Below are positions 47,368-57,146 of a stretch of DNA of 64,000 nt, piece after piece. The notes beneath the pieces were generated by a model. The model made no database searches and was not told where the DNA came from. It saw only the letters and a list, made by a program, of their open reading frames with translations. Position numbers and translations under genes: made by a program. Position 1 is the first letter of the stretch, and each line of letters begins with the position of its first letter. The DNA is from Planctomycetota bacterium. GTDB taxonomy: Bacteria; Planctomycetota; UBA1135; JACQFD01. Location: positions 100,175 through 164,174 of the forward strand of contig JACQFD010000033.1 in NCBI GenBank assembly GCA_016200225.1. The letters run 5' to 3'.

Positions 47368-47871
47368 ATGTCCCACGCGAGCCAGATTTCCGCAAAAATT
47401 ATTATGACCGTCGCCGTCGCCGCAATCGCGGCCTGCGGCGTCGACCGGCGCCTGCGCATTCATAGCAATCCTGACGATTGTGAAGTTTCCGTCGACGGAA
47501 AAATGATCGGAAAGGCTCCGATCGAATATCACTTTACACATTACGGCAGCCATCGAATTTACCTATCGAAGAAAGGCTACAAATCCGTGGAACGGGATAT
47601 CGACGTGGACGCGCCGTGGTACGGAGAATTTCCATTTGATATATTTAGCGAAGTGCTGATTCCGATCTGGCGGCGCGATTTCCGCGATGTCGAATTCGGG
47701 CTCGCGCTACAAAACGAGGCGCAGACTGAGGCGGAGCGGGTCGCGTTGGAGACCGAGAATCGTCGACTTGAAGAGGACGCGGTGGCGCACGTCAAACAAT
47801 TCCGCCGATGGGCCCCGGGCGAGCCCCCGCCCGAAATTCGCAAGCCCGCTTCCGCTCCCGCCAAACCATGA
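47368..47871 (+). CDS. PEGA domain lipoprotein
   Basis: 'MSHASQISAKIIMTVAVAAIAAC' is a lipobox (IAAC). 'RIHSNPDDCEVSVDGKMIGKAPIEYHFTHYGSHRIYLSKKGYKS' is a PEGA-like beta domain. The start is uncertain, but it must lie after the tRNA that ends at 47301. Confidence 0.62.
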   Translation: MSHASQISAKIIMTVAVAAIAACGVDRRLRIHSNPDDCEVSVDGKMIGKAPIEYHFTHYGSHRIYLSKKGYKSVERDIDVDAPWYGEFPFDIFSEVLIPIWRRDFRDVEFGLALQNEAQTEAERVALETENRRLEEDAVAHVKQFRRWAPGEPPPEIRKPASAPAKP

Positions 47872-49295
47872 GCCGCGATCTTCGCGGCGTTCGCGCAACG
47901 GTCATGGGTCTCGGCCTTTTTGGCGGAGGCGTCGCAACGGCCCGTTTTCTTACAAAACGCGGGGCCGACGTGCTTGTAACAGATCTGCGCGACGCGGCGA
48001 CGCTCCGCGAATCCGTCGAAGCGCTCGCGGATCTTACAATTCGTTATCGACTGGGCGAACATCGCGACGAGGACTTTAAGAATGCGGATTTGGTGGTCGC
48101 CAACCCCGCCGTTTCGCCGGAATCGCATTTCTTAACGATCGCCCGCGGCCACGGCGTCCCGATCACGAGCGAATTGGAGTTATTTCTTCACGCCTGCCCT
48201 TCCCGCGACGTGATCGCGATCACGGGTACGAATGGAAAAACGACAACGACGTCGCTCGCGGGAGAAATATTAAAATTAACAAAACCGAGGGTTTTTGTCG
48301 GCGGCAACATCGGCAAATCGCTGCTCGATTGCCTCGATGAACTCCGCCCCGACGACACGATCGTGCTCGAGGTTTCCTCTTTTCAACTCGAGGCGCTCCA
48401 TCCACCGCGCGGCTGGCCCAGTGTCGCGGTTATTACCAATATCACGCCCGACCACCTCGACCGCCACGGTCGCATGGAAGCGTACGTGGCGGCCAAACGC
48501 CGGATCCTCGAATTTCAAGATTCGGAGTGCGACGCAATCTTAAATTTAAACGATCCGATCAGTTCGAAAGTCATAAACGATTCGGGCGCGCGCAGGCTGA
48601 CGTTTTCGAGAAACGATTCGAAAGCGCGTTACACCGTCTCGGATTCGGGCGGCGCGAAATACCTCGTCGAACGGGATCGCGGCGTGGAAACGCGTCTCTG
48701 TCCGGTTGAATATCTACAAATACCCGGAGAATTTAATATTGATAACGCTCTCGCAGCGGCGGCGGTCGGGCGCGCCCGCGGCGCAACGCCCGAGGCGATC
48801 GAGAAAGCAATTTCACAATTTCGCGGCGTCGCTCACCGCCTGCAATTCGTCGGAACGATTCATAATATTCGATTTTATGATAATTCGGTTTCGACGGTCC
48901 CCGAATCCACGATTTCGGCGCTCGAAGCCGTCGCTCCGCCGATTCGATGGATCGCGGGAGGCAAAAGTAAAGGTCTCGATCTCCGCGCGCTCGCCGAATC
49001 GTCGCGGGATCGCGCGGTCGGAATTTATGTATACGGCGAGGCGGCCGGTGAGCTCGCTTCAGAACTGCGCCGCGCCGGCGCGACAGCTCGGGTTTTCACA
49101 AACCTCTCGCAGGCCTTCGAAGCGGCCGCGTCGGAAGCCCGGCCCGGCGAAGCAGTTGTATATTCGCCGGCGTTTCCATCGTTTGACCAATATCGCAATT
49201 ACAAAGAGCGCGGTGCGGAGTTTCTGAATCTCGCGGATCGGTTTCGATGCCGCACAAGTAAAGGATTGCCGCCGCGCGCGGAAACCGCCGAATGA
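47868..49295 (+). CDS. murD: UDP-N-acetylmuramoylalanine--D-glutamate ligase
   Basis: 'VMGLGLFGGGVATARFLTKRGADVLVTD', 'ITGTNGKTTTTSL' and 'NITPDHLDRHG' are MurD motifs. ATG at 47868 overlaps the upstream stop (ATGA). Confidence 0.9.
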   Translation: MSRDLRGVRATVMGLGLFGGGVATARFLTKRGADVLVTDLRDAATLRESVEALADLTIRYRLGEHRDEDFKNADLVVANPAVSPESHFLTIARGHGVPITSELELFLHACPSRDVIAITGTNGKTTTTSLAGEILKLTKPRVFVGGNIGKSLLDCLDELRPDDTIVLEVSSFQLEALHPPRGWPSVAVITNITPDHLDRHGRMEAYVAAKRRILEFQDSECDAILNLNDPISSKVINDSGARRLTFSRNDSKARYTVSDSGGAKYLVERDRGVETRLCPVEYLQIPGEFNIDNALAAAAVGRARGATPEAIEKAISQFRGVAHRLQFVGTIHNIRFYDNSVSTVPESTISALEAVAPPIRWIAGGKSKGLDLRALAESSRDRAVGIYVYGEAAGELASELRRAGATARVFTNLSQAFEAAASEARPGEAVVYSPAFPSFDQYRNYKERGAEFLNLADRFRCRTSKGLPPRAETAE

Positions 49296-49341
49296 ATTGA
49301 AACCGGGCTCCAACACGCTATTATTAAATTACAGTCGTCCA

Positions 49342-49848
49342 ATGCCAAACTGCAGCCACTGCTCGAAGAACCCCATAACCATTCGCGTCGCCGAAATCGT
49401 CGAACGCGAGGGTGAAATGGTTTGGGATTTCCAGCATTTGTGCGACACGTGCGCGCAAATGCTTGGAATTACACAAACCAAATCGGTGGATCCGCTTGCG
49501 CTACTACAGTTGCACGCATTTCCGACGCCCGTCGCGCCCATCAAAGAGATTATTTGTTCTCAATGCGGCCTCAAGCTCTCCGAATTCCGGCGAGCCGGTC
49601 GTTTGGGTTGCGATAAGTGTTATGAAGCATTCAAGGAACCTATGAATGATGTCATTGCGCGGGCGCACGGAGGAAAATCGCTTCACGTCGGACGCAAACC
49701 GGGAATGTCCGGCGAGGAGACCTCCCGGCAGGAAGAAGTCGCTGCGTTAAACCGACGCCTTAGGAAGGCCATTGAATCCGAGGCATACGAGGAGGCGGCG
49801 CGCATGCGCGACCGAATCAAATCACTGGAGTCCGGACAGGTGCCGTAA
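49342..49848 (+). CDS. UvrB/UvrC-motif protein, McsA-like (zinc-finger ClpC-associated adaptor/activator-like)
   Basis: 'CSHCSKNP...CDTCAQ' and 'CSQCG...GCDKCYEAF' are zinc-finger pairs. The C-terminal UVR motif is 'EAYEEAARMRDRIKSLE'. It lies directly upstream of clpC. Confidence 0.68.
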   Translation: MPNCSHCSKNPITIRVAEIVEREGEMVWDFQHLCDTCAQMLGITQTKSVDPLALLQLHAFPTPVAPIKEIICSQCGLKLSEFRRAGRLGCDKCYEAFKEPMNDVIARAHGGKSLHVGRKPGMSGEETSRQEEVAALNRRLRKAIESEAYEEAARMRDRIKSLESGQVP

Positions 49849-50066
49849 CGTCGTATCTTTGCCGGCATCCCGTTGAATTCGAAGCGGTTCGGTGGAACGG
49901 GCCATGAACGCCACCAAAATCTGGTTTACTCTCCGGCACCGCAAAAGGTTCCCGGTTGTAGCGGTCGCCTCCGCAATGACGAATGATGTTAGGTTCGCGG
50001 CGGTTTCCGCGTCGATCCCGCATTACAAATTTACAGATACAAGTCACCACCCAAGGACGGCAAGAG

Positions 50067-52658
50067 ATGTTTGACCGATTCACAGACCGCGCAAAGAAAG
50101 TCATGGCACTCGCTCGAAGCGAGGCGCAGCGCTTCAATCATGAATATATCGGCACGGAACACATGCTCCTCGGTCTCATACAGGAAGGATCCGGAGTGGC
50201 CGCGAGCGTTTTAAAACAAATGAACGTCGATCTCGATCGCATACGACAGGAGATCGAGAAAATTGTAAAGACTGGGCCGCCGTCCACGCCGACATCCAAT
50301 AATTTACCATTCACGCCGCGAGCGAAGAAAGTGCTCGAGCTGTCGATGGAAGAAGCCAGCACGCTCGGACATAATTATATTGGAACGGAACATTTGTTAC
50401 TTGGATTGATTCGCGAACAGGAAGGCATCGCCGCCCAAGTATTGATGAATTTAAGCATTAAACTGGAGGACGTCCGCCAGGAAGTGCTCGAGTTCCTCGG
50501 CGCCGACGAACAACAGGAAAATAATGAAGAACGCGAGGAGCCGAGTTCGAGCGGCGCTTCGAATCCCGGAACGCCGCGCGGCGAAGGCGGCGCGCAAGCC
50601 AAGAGCAAGACTCCGGCCCTCGATGCGTTCGGCCGCGATTTAACAGATCTCGCGCGCGAAAACAAACTCGACCCTGTCATTGGACGGAAAAACGAAATCG
50701 AGCGCGTCGTACAAATTCTCTCGCGCCGATCGAAGAACAACCCCGTCCTTCTCGGAGAGGCGGGCGTCGGAAAGACTGCAATTGTCGAAGGCCTCGCTCA
50801 ATTAATCATTAAGAGCCAGGTGCCGGAGACGCTTCGCAATCGACGAATTGTTGCATTGGACCTCGCCTTGATGGTCGCGGGTACGAAATACCGCGGCCAA
50901 TTCGAGGAACGCATCAAGGCCGTGATGACCGAAGTGCGCAGGGCGAAAGATGTAATATTATTTATCGACGAATTGCATACATTGGTCGGCGCTGGCGGCG
51001 CGGAAGGCGCGATCGACGCGAGCAACGTATTAAAACCGGCGCTTTCGCGAGGCGAAATTCAATGCATCGGCGCCACGACGCTCGATGAATATCGTAAATA
51101 TATAGAAAAAGACGGCGCGCTCGAGCGCCGGTTCCAGACCATCATGGTCGAGCCTCCCGCGAAACCGGAAGCGCTCGAAATATTAAAAGGGTTGCGCGAT
51201 CGTTATGAAGCGCACCACAGAGTTAAAATTACAGATCAAGCGCTCGAACAGGCGATCGAGCTCGCGAGCCGTTATATCACCGGCCGGTTTCTCCCGGACA
51301 AGGCGATCGACGTCATCGACGAAGCGGGCGCGCGCGTTCGCATTCGCTCGATGGCCGCTCCGGTCGATTTGAAGGAAATGGACGGCGAAATCGCGCGGTT
51401 CGATCGCGAAAAAGAAGAAGCAGTCGCGGCGCAGGATTTCGAACGCGCGGCGATGCTGCGCGACAAAGCGTTCAAACTCCGCAAGCGCAAGGAAGATCTG
51501 TTAAAACAACATAAGCGAAAGGAACAATCGCGCGAATACGACGGCGTCGTCAACGAAGAAGTCGTCGCCGAAACCGTTTCCAAAATGACGGGCATCCCGC
51601 TCACGCGCCTCGAGAAGGGCGAAGCGGAACGTTTGTTACAAATGGAAGCGGAATTGATGAAACACGTGATCCATCAGGAAGACGCGATCAAGGCGATTTC
51701 GAAGGCGATTCGCCGCGCGCGCTCCGGATTGAAGGATCCGCGCCGCCCGATGGGATCGTTTGTATTCCTCGGACCGTCCGGCGTCGGAAAGACGCATTTG
51801 TCGAAAGCGCTCGCTTCGTTCATGTTCGGCGACGAGAGCGCGATCGTTCAAATTGATATGTCCGAATATATGGAAAAACACAACGCGTCGAGACTTGTCG
51901 GCGCGCCTCCGGGATACGTCGGTTACGAGGAGGGCGGACAATTGACGGAGAAAATCCGCCGCCGTCCGTATTCAGTCGTGCTGCTCGACGAAATCGAAAA
52001 AGCGCACCCGGACGTTTTCAATATGTTATTACAAATCATGGAGGAGGGCCGGCTCACGGATTCGTTCGGCCGCCACATCGATTTTACAAATACAATATTG
52101 ATTATGACGTCGAATATCGGCGCCGACCTGGTCAAGAACTCGGGCGGCCTCGGATTTAGCAAATCCTCCGACGTGTTGTCGCGCGACAAAGTCAAGGCGA
52201 TGCTCATGCGCGAGGTCGAGCGATTCTTCCGGCCGGAATTCATCAACCGCCTCGACGAAGTGATTATCTTCAATCAACTCGGCAAGGAGGATCTCCGCCG
52301 CATCATCGACGTCGAACTCGTGAAAGTCACGGCGCGCCTCAAGGAAAAGAATATTAAACTCGAGCTGTCGCCCGAGGCAACGGAGTTCCTTATCGAGAAG
52401 GGATTCAACGTCGATTTCGGCGCGCGACCGTTGCGCCGCGCGATCGAACGATTTGTTGAAGATCCGCTGGCCGAAGAATTGTTACGAGCCGGAATCGGTA
52501 CGGAAATCCAATCCCTGCGCGCGATCATTAAAGACGGATCGATCGCCTTCGAACCGATCGTCGCGCCGCCGAAGGAAGAAGCCCTCGCCGGAGTCGCGGC
52601 GCCCGCCGTGCCGTCCGAAAATCCGGCCGCGCCCGTCGACGCGCCGAAGACCGAATAA
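50067..52658 (+). CDS. clpC: ATP-dependent Clp protease ATP-binding subunit ClpC
   Basis: '[37 protein letters not shown]' is the Clp_N repeat. Two Walker A boxes ('GEAGVGKTA', 'GPSGVGKTH'). Internal UVR '[14 protein letters not shown]'. ATG at 50067 lies inside track ORF 49983..52658. Confidence 0.92.
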   Translation: MFDRFTDRAKKVMALARSEAQRFNHEYIGTEHMLLGLIQEGSGVAASVLKQMNVDLDRIRQEIEKIVKTGPPSTPTSNNLPFTPRAKKVLELSMEEASTLGHNYIGTEHLLLGLIREQEGIAAQVLMNLSIKLEDVRQEVLEFLGADEQQENNEEREEPSSSGASNPGTPRGEGGAQAKSKTPALDAFGRDLTDLARENKLDPVIGRKNEIERVVQILSRRSKNNPVLLGEAGVGKTAIVEGLAQLIIKSQVPETLRNRRIVALDLALMVAGTKYRGQFEERIKAVMTEVRRAKDVILFIDELHTLVGAGGAEGAIDASNVLKPALSRGEIQCIGATTLDEYRKYIEKDGALERRFQTIMVEPPAKPEALEILKGLRDRYEAHHRVKITDQALEQAIELASRYITGRFLPDKAIDVIDEAGARVRIRSMAAPVDLKEMDGEIARFDREKEEAVAAQDFERAAMLRDKAFKLRKRKEDLLKQHKRKEQSREYDGVVNEEVVAETVSKMTGIPLTRLEKGEAERLLQMEAELMKHVIHQEDAIKAISKAIRRARSGLKDPRRPMGSFVFLGPSGVGKTHLSKALASFMFGDESAIVQIDMSEYMEKHNASRLVGAPPGYVGYEEGGQLTEKIRRRPYSVVLLDEIEKAHPDVFNMLLQIMEEGRLTDSFGRHIDFTNTILIMTSNIGADLVKNSGGLGFSKSSDVLSRDKVKAMLMREVERFFRPEFINRLDEVIIFNQLGKEDLRRIIDVELVKVTARLKEKNIKLELSPEATEFLIEKGFNVDFGARPLRRAIERFVEDPLAEELLRAGIGTEIQSLRAIIKDGSIAFEPIVAPPKEEALAGVAAPAVPSENPAAPVDAPKTE

Positions 52659-52681
52659 TACAATTCGACAAAACGTTAATG

Positions 52682-52707
52682 AAACGGCCGCGGAGACGCG
52701 GCCGTTT
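52682..52707. terminator. bidirectional intrinsic terminator between convergent clpC and the thioredoxin-like gene
   Basis: Perfect hairpin 'aaacggccgcg-gaga-cgcggccgttt', followed by 'ttcttt' on the plus strand and preceded by the complement of 'cattaacgtttt' on the minus strand. Confidence 0.65.
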
Positions 52708-52711
52708 TTCT

Positions 52712-53575
52712 TTAACTCTTACCCGCGGCATATTTTCGCGCCGCGGCGCCGGTTTTCGAGGTCTCCGGAAAGATCATTGCAAAATCGCGGACCGACGAAA
52801 GCGCTTTTTTGTCGTCGGGACCCTTCGAAATCCAATCGTTCACGATCGCGAGCGCGGCGTCGTCGACTTCGTCGAATTGTTGTTTTGCGAGCGCTTCGCA
52901 ACCGGCGACGCCCTTCGACTGATCGTGCATGATCTTTAAATCTAATATTGATTTTCGCCAGTCTTTCTTTTCAAACGCGGACGCCGCCGCGGCGCGGGCG
53001 TCGTAAAACTTCTTGACCGCGTCGCCGACGAGACCCTTGCCAAGTTTCTTCTGAGCCGTCTCGATCGCCTCCTTCAGCGGAGTAATGCCGCACGAATCCT
53101 CCGGATGCATCCATAATATATTCATATCGCCGTCGACCAAATACGTCGATGGACAACCTCTGCGATCGAATTTCCCGGCCAAATACAAATCCCGGATCTC
53201 GCGGCCCGTCGCGAGATGATCGGCGCAATTCAAGTTTTTGAAATATTTACATCGCTTGATTTTGACTCCCGTCTTTGGATCTTCGATTTCGATTTCGCCG
53301 TGAGTATCTGTAAAAAACGCGAGCGCGCAGGCGACGTGCGACGCCGCGTATTCGATAAATTGTGAGTTGCCGAAAGTACCCGACTCCAGCGCGCGTCCGG
53401 GTACTCAGGTGGGTATCCCGTCCTTGCCGAGATATAATACAATTGGAATATTTCTTAATTTTGCCTCGTCCCGCGCCTCCTTTAACGATCGTTTCCACGG
53501 AAGCGTCGAGTCGGGAACGGGCGCAAAGGCGGCCGCGGCGACGACGGAAGCAAGAGCGATAGTGACGATTCGCAT
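52712..53575 (-). CDS. secreted thioredoxin-fold protein with in-frame TGA (candidate selenocysteine at codon 57); alternatively a pseudogene
   Basis: ATG at 53575 opens 'MRIVTIALASVVAAAAFAPVPDSTLPWKRSLKEARDEAKLRNIPIVLYLGKDGIPT', which ends at TGA (53407-53405). The same frame continues open as 'VPGRALESGTFGNSQFIEYAASHVACALAFFTDTH...' into track ORF 52712..53233. The TGA aligns with the first Cys of the thioredoxin WCxxC(K/R)xLE motif. A hairpin starts right after the TGA. Confidence 0.55.
53376..53404 (-). promoter_or_regulatory. SECIS-like stem-loop immediately 3' of the in-frame UGA
   Basis: The minus-strand RNA reads UGA-GUACCCGGAC-GCGCGCUGGA-GUCGGGUAC. This gives a 9-bp stem with one bulged G and a 10-nt loop containing GG. 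It begins at the first nucleotide after the UGA. Confidence 0.4.
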
Positions 53576-53656
53576 GGGATCTTACCGCCGGGAATAGTAG
53601 ATTCTGTCGAAACCGTGGGCAACGGAGAAATTCGGATTGATAATTGTCGCCCCCGT

Positions 53657-55042
53657 TCAGTCGGCGCGGCCGCGGCGCTCGCGATGGAGCCGGCGCTCCA
53701 TGGACGCCATGTCGAGCGGAAGGTACTTCGCGCAAATTAATAAAACGACGCCGCCGAGAAACATGACGGGCGGAGCCAGTTGCACGGCCCATCGGAGCGA
53801 ATCGGAATGATCAAATCCCCGGCTCTTCTCGAGATAATCGCTCGTGCGACCGATCAACCATGGAGACGACGCGTCGCCGAGCACATGTATTGTAAATATC
53901 ATGATCGCGAACGCGGTCGCGCGCACGGCGGGCATCGAAACATTCGAAACGGCCGCGTTCAACGGCCCGCTGTTGCAGAACATTAAGAATACGGAAGCGG
54001 AACAAAATCCCCAGAAAAGGCTCTTATCCGTTGTATATAATCCGAGAAATAGGAAAATCGCGCTGAGAATCAGCGTGATCGCGGGAACGACGAAATGCGC
54101 GGCGCGCGTGTATTTGCGCGCCCAATCCGAAACCGTTCCCCCCGCCGCCGTCCCGAGCGACCCCGCGATTGCAATGATGATTCCAAAGTAAGTTCCGGCT
54201 TCGGTCGAAGTATAATGATGAATATCTTGCAGATACGTGGGAGCCCACTGGGCGAGTCCGCCGATGGCGAACGTCATTGCCGTCGTGGCGAAAACATTCG
54301 CGAGAAAACTCTTTGTTTTTAATAATTCCCTCACCTGTTGCCAGTCGATTTTGCCCGACACGATCGGCCCTTCGGCGGCTTCCATCGCGCCGCGTTGCGG
54401 TTCGCGGAGAAAAATCGTTAATATGCACAAAACAATGCCGGGAAACCCGCCGATTAGAAATGCGTGGCGCCAGCCCTCGTGGATGCCGACCGAACACAAG
54501 AAAGAATTGTGCGGTTGCAAAGCCGTGTGTCCCGTGTGCTGGCCGACGTAGCCTCCGAGCGCATATCCCGCGGCCGTCCCGACGGGCAATGCTACATAAA
54601 ACCAAGCGAGCGTCCGCGCGCGCCGTTCTTTCGAAAAAAGATCCGATAAAAACGCGGGCGCGATGATTCCATAACAAAGTTCGCCGACGCCCGTCGCCGC
54701 GCGCGCGATCCAAAGATGCCAGAAATCGCTCGCGATCGCGCTCCAAAGCGTGGCGATCGACCATAAGAATACGCCGACCGCGAGCAGGCCCCGGCGCGCG
54801 ATCCGGTCGCCGAGATAACCAATCAGAGGACTTAATAAATACGGCAGAAAAAACGCGGATTGTAATAACCCGATCTGCGTCCGATTCAGATTGAACGAGA
54901 TCTCGACGTCTTTCGCGCACGATGCAAAAATATACCGGTCGACATAATTTATGAAATTGATGAACGTGAGGACCGTCAGGACGTACCACGCATAGCGCGC
55001 GGCCGATTCGCGCGGATTGCGGACTTTCGCGGACATGTTCAC
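53657..55042 (-). CDS. MFS transporter (Spinster-like)
   Basis: Twelve hydrophobic segments. The MFS motif A 'GYLGDRIARRGLL' lies between TM2 and TM3. Confidence 0.85.
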   Translation of the reverse strand: MNMSAKVRNPRESAARYAWYVLTVLTFINFINYVDRYIFASCAKDVEISFNLNRTQIGLLQSAFFLPYLLSPLIGYLGDRIARRGLLAVGVFLWSIATLWSAIASDFWHLWIARAATGVGELCYGIIAPAFLSDLFSKERRARTLAWFYVALPVGTAAGYALGGYVGQHTGHTALQPHNSFLCSVGIHEGWRHAFLIGGFPGIVLCILTIFLREPQRGAMEAAEGPIVSGKIDWQQVRELLKTKSFLANVFATTAMTFAIGGLAQWAPTYLQDIHHYTSTEAGTYFGIIIAIAGSLGTAAGGTVSDWARKYTRAAHFVVPAITLILSAIFLFLGLYTTDKSLFWGFCSASVFLMFCNSGPLNAAVSNVSMPAVRATAFAIMIFTIHVLGDASSPWLIGRTSDYLEKSRGFDHSDSLRWAVQLAPPVMFLGGVVLLICAKYLPLDMASMERRLHRERRGRAD

Positions 55043-55072
55043 AATTCAGGCCGATGGATAATTAATATACAT

Positions 55073-57118
55073 TTAACGCGGCTTCCTGCGGATCTTCGAC
55101 GCGCGGGGCGCGGACGATCGCTTGCGCGGCGGCGCCGGCGTTTCTTCCGAGATGGATTTCTCCGCGTGAACGTCGAGTTTCGCGGGCGCGACCGCGGGCG
55201 CGGCCTGCGACGCGGGCGGCACTTCAAAATAAAGAACGCCCAGCGGCGGAAGCGTCAATTCGACCGAATATTCCCTTTGATGTTTCGGTACGGCCTCGGC
55301 TACGACGCCGCCCAAATTACCGATACCGGAACCTGAATATTCAATTCCGTCCGTATTTAATATTTCTTTATAAAAGCCGGGACGCGGCACGCCGATGCGA
55401 TAATGTCCGCGCTCGACCGGCGTCAAATTCGCCACGATCAACACGGCCGTTTCGCGGCGCGGACCATGTCGCAACCATGAATAGGTGGATTGATCGACGT
55501 CGCGGAAATCGACCCATTCGAACCCGTCCGGATGTTCGTCGAGCGCGTGCAATTCGGGACGATTCTTATATAAATGATTCAATTCGCGGACCAGACGGGT
55601 CATCCCCGCGTGCATCGGATAATCTAATAAATTCCATTCGAGCCCGCGTTCGTGGTTCCATTCGGTCCACGGCGCGAGCTCGCTTCCCATAAATAATAAT
55701 TTTCCGCCCGGATGCGCGTACATCAAGGCGACGAGCGCGCGCAGGTTGGCGGCTTTTTGAGCGGCTTCGCCCGGCATTTTGTTGAGCAGACTGCCTTTCA
55801 TATGCACGACCTCGTCGTGCCCGAGATTTAATATAAATTTCTCCGAATACGCGTACCACATCGAAAACGTTATCAAGCCCGAATGATACTTTCGCGCGAT
55901 GGGATCCTTCGAAAAGAAATCGAGCCAGTCGTGCATCCAGCCGAGATTCCATTTATAATTATATCCGAGGCCGCCGACGTGGACGGAACGCGTGATTCCC
56001 GCGAACGTCGTCGACTCTTCGGCGATCATCATCACGCCGGGGTGCTGTTCGTTAATCGTAGTATTCACGGAACGAAGAAACTCGATGGCCTCGAGATTCT
56101 CGCGGCCGCCGTATTTATTAGGAACCCATTCGCCTTCCTTCCGCGAGTAGTCGAGATACAACATCGACGACACCGCGTCAACGCGCAATCCGTCGATATG
56201 ATATTTTTCGATCCAGAACAACGCGTTCGCGAGGAGAAAGTTCGCGACTTCGTTTCTTCCATAATTAAATATATACGTTTTCCAGTCTTGATGAAATCCC
56301 TTGCGCGGATCGATATGCTCATAAAGCCCGGTTCCGTCGAAGCGAGCGAGTCCGTATGCATCCGTCGGAAAATGCGCCGGCACCCAATCTAATAATACGC
56401 CGATGCCTTTTCGATGAAATGCATCGATCAGCGCCATCAATTCGTGCGGAGTTCCGAATCTCGAAGTCGGCGCGTACATTCCCGTTTGTTGATATCCCCA
56501 GGATCCGTAGTAAGGATGCTCGGCGACAGGCATGAATTCGACGTGGGTGAATCCCATGTCCGCGACGTAGTCCGGCAGCACGGACGCGAGTTCGCGATAA
56601 TTTAAGAATGTACCGTCGGGCCGACGGCGCCAGGAGCCGAGGTGAAGTTCATAAATCGAAAACGGTTTTCCAATTGATGAATCCGCTCCCGCCGCCGGCC
56701 GCGCCCGCGCCGACAGCCAATCATGGTCTTTCCATTCATAGCCGGCCAAGTCATAAACAATCGACGCGCTCTCCGGCGGAGTCTCCATCCGAAATCCAAG
56801 CGGGTCGCAGTGCGCGATGCCGTGGCCGTCGCTTCTGATGATTTCGTATTTGTAAAGAGCGCCGGGCGCGACATTTTCAATGAACAATTCCCACACGCCG
56901 GATTCCCTTCTGAAATTCATCGCGTTTTTCGACGGATTCCAGTTATTAAAATCGCCGACGACGCTCACGCTTCGGGCGTTGGGCGCCCACACCGCGAATC
57001 GAACGCCTTTTCGGCCGCCCTGCGCAGCTGGATGCGCGCCGAAATGATCGAACAAGCGCAGGCACTTGCCCTCGCCGAAAAGATACAAATCGTATTCGGG
57101 AATCGTCGGCGCCTGCAT
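55073..57118 (-). CDS. glgB: 1,4-alpha-glucan branching enzyme with basic Pro/Ala-rich C-terminal tail
   Basis: GH13 branching-enzyme motifs 'GVLLDWVPAHF', 'GLRVDAVSSMLY', 'MMIAEEST' and 'LGHDEVVH'. The N-terminal CBM48-like 'VRFAVWAPNARSVSVVGDFNNW'. Confidence 0.92.
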   Translation of the reverse strand: MQAPTIPEYDLYLFGEGKCLRLFDHFGAHPAAQGGRKGVRFAVWAPNARSVSVVGDFNNWNPSKNAMNFRRESGVWELFIENVAPGALYKYEIIRSDGHGIAHCDPLGFRMETPPESASIVYDLAGYEWKDHDWLSARARPAAGADSSIGKPFSIYELHLGSWRRRPDGTFLNYRELASVLPDYVADMGFTHVEFMPVAEHPYYGSWGYQQTGMYAPTSRFGTPHELMALIDAFHRKGIGVLLDWVPAHFPTDAYGLARFDGTGLYEHIDPRKGFHQDWKTYIFNYGRNEVANFLLANALFWIEKYHIDGLRVDAVSSMLYLDYSRKEGEWVPNKYGGRENLEAIEFLRSVNTTINEQHPGVMMIAEESTTFAGITRSVHVGGLGYNYKWNLGWMHDWLDFFSKDPIARKYHSGLITFSMWYAYSEKFILNLGHDEVVHMKGSLLNKMPGEAAQKAANLRALVALMYAHPGGKLLFMGSELAPWTEWNHERGLEWNLLDYPMHAGMTRLVRELNHLYKNRPELHALDEHPDGFEWVDFRDVDQSTYSWLRHGPRRETAVLIVANLTPVERGHYRIGVPRPGFYKEILNTDGIEYSGSGIGNLGGVVAEAVPKHQREYSVELTLPPLGVLYFEVPPASQAAPAVAPAKLDVHAEKSISEETPAPPRKRSSAPRASKIRRKPR

Positions 57119-57146
57119 CGGCCGGGTTAATCAATAATTATAATGT

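Noticed and set aside
53247-53792. A 181-aa minus-strand track ORF that covers the region upstream of the thioredoxin-like ORF and overlaps the end of the MFS gene.
   Set aside because: It is Arg-rich with a junk-like composition. The alternative frame (ATG 53575, interrupted by one TGA) gives a signal peptide plus a thioredoxin-like sequence continuous with ORF 52712..53233, and that explains the region better.
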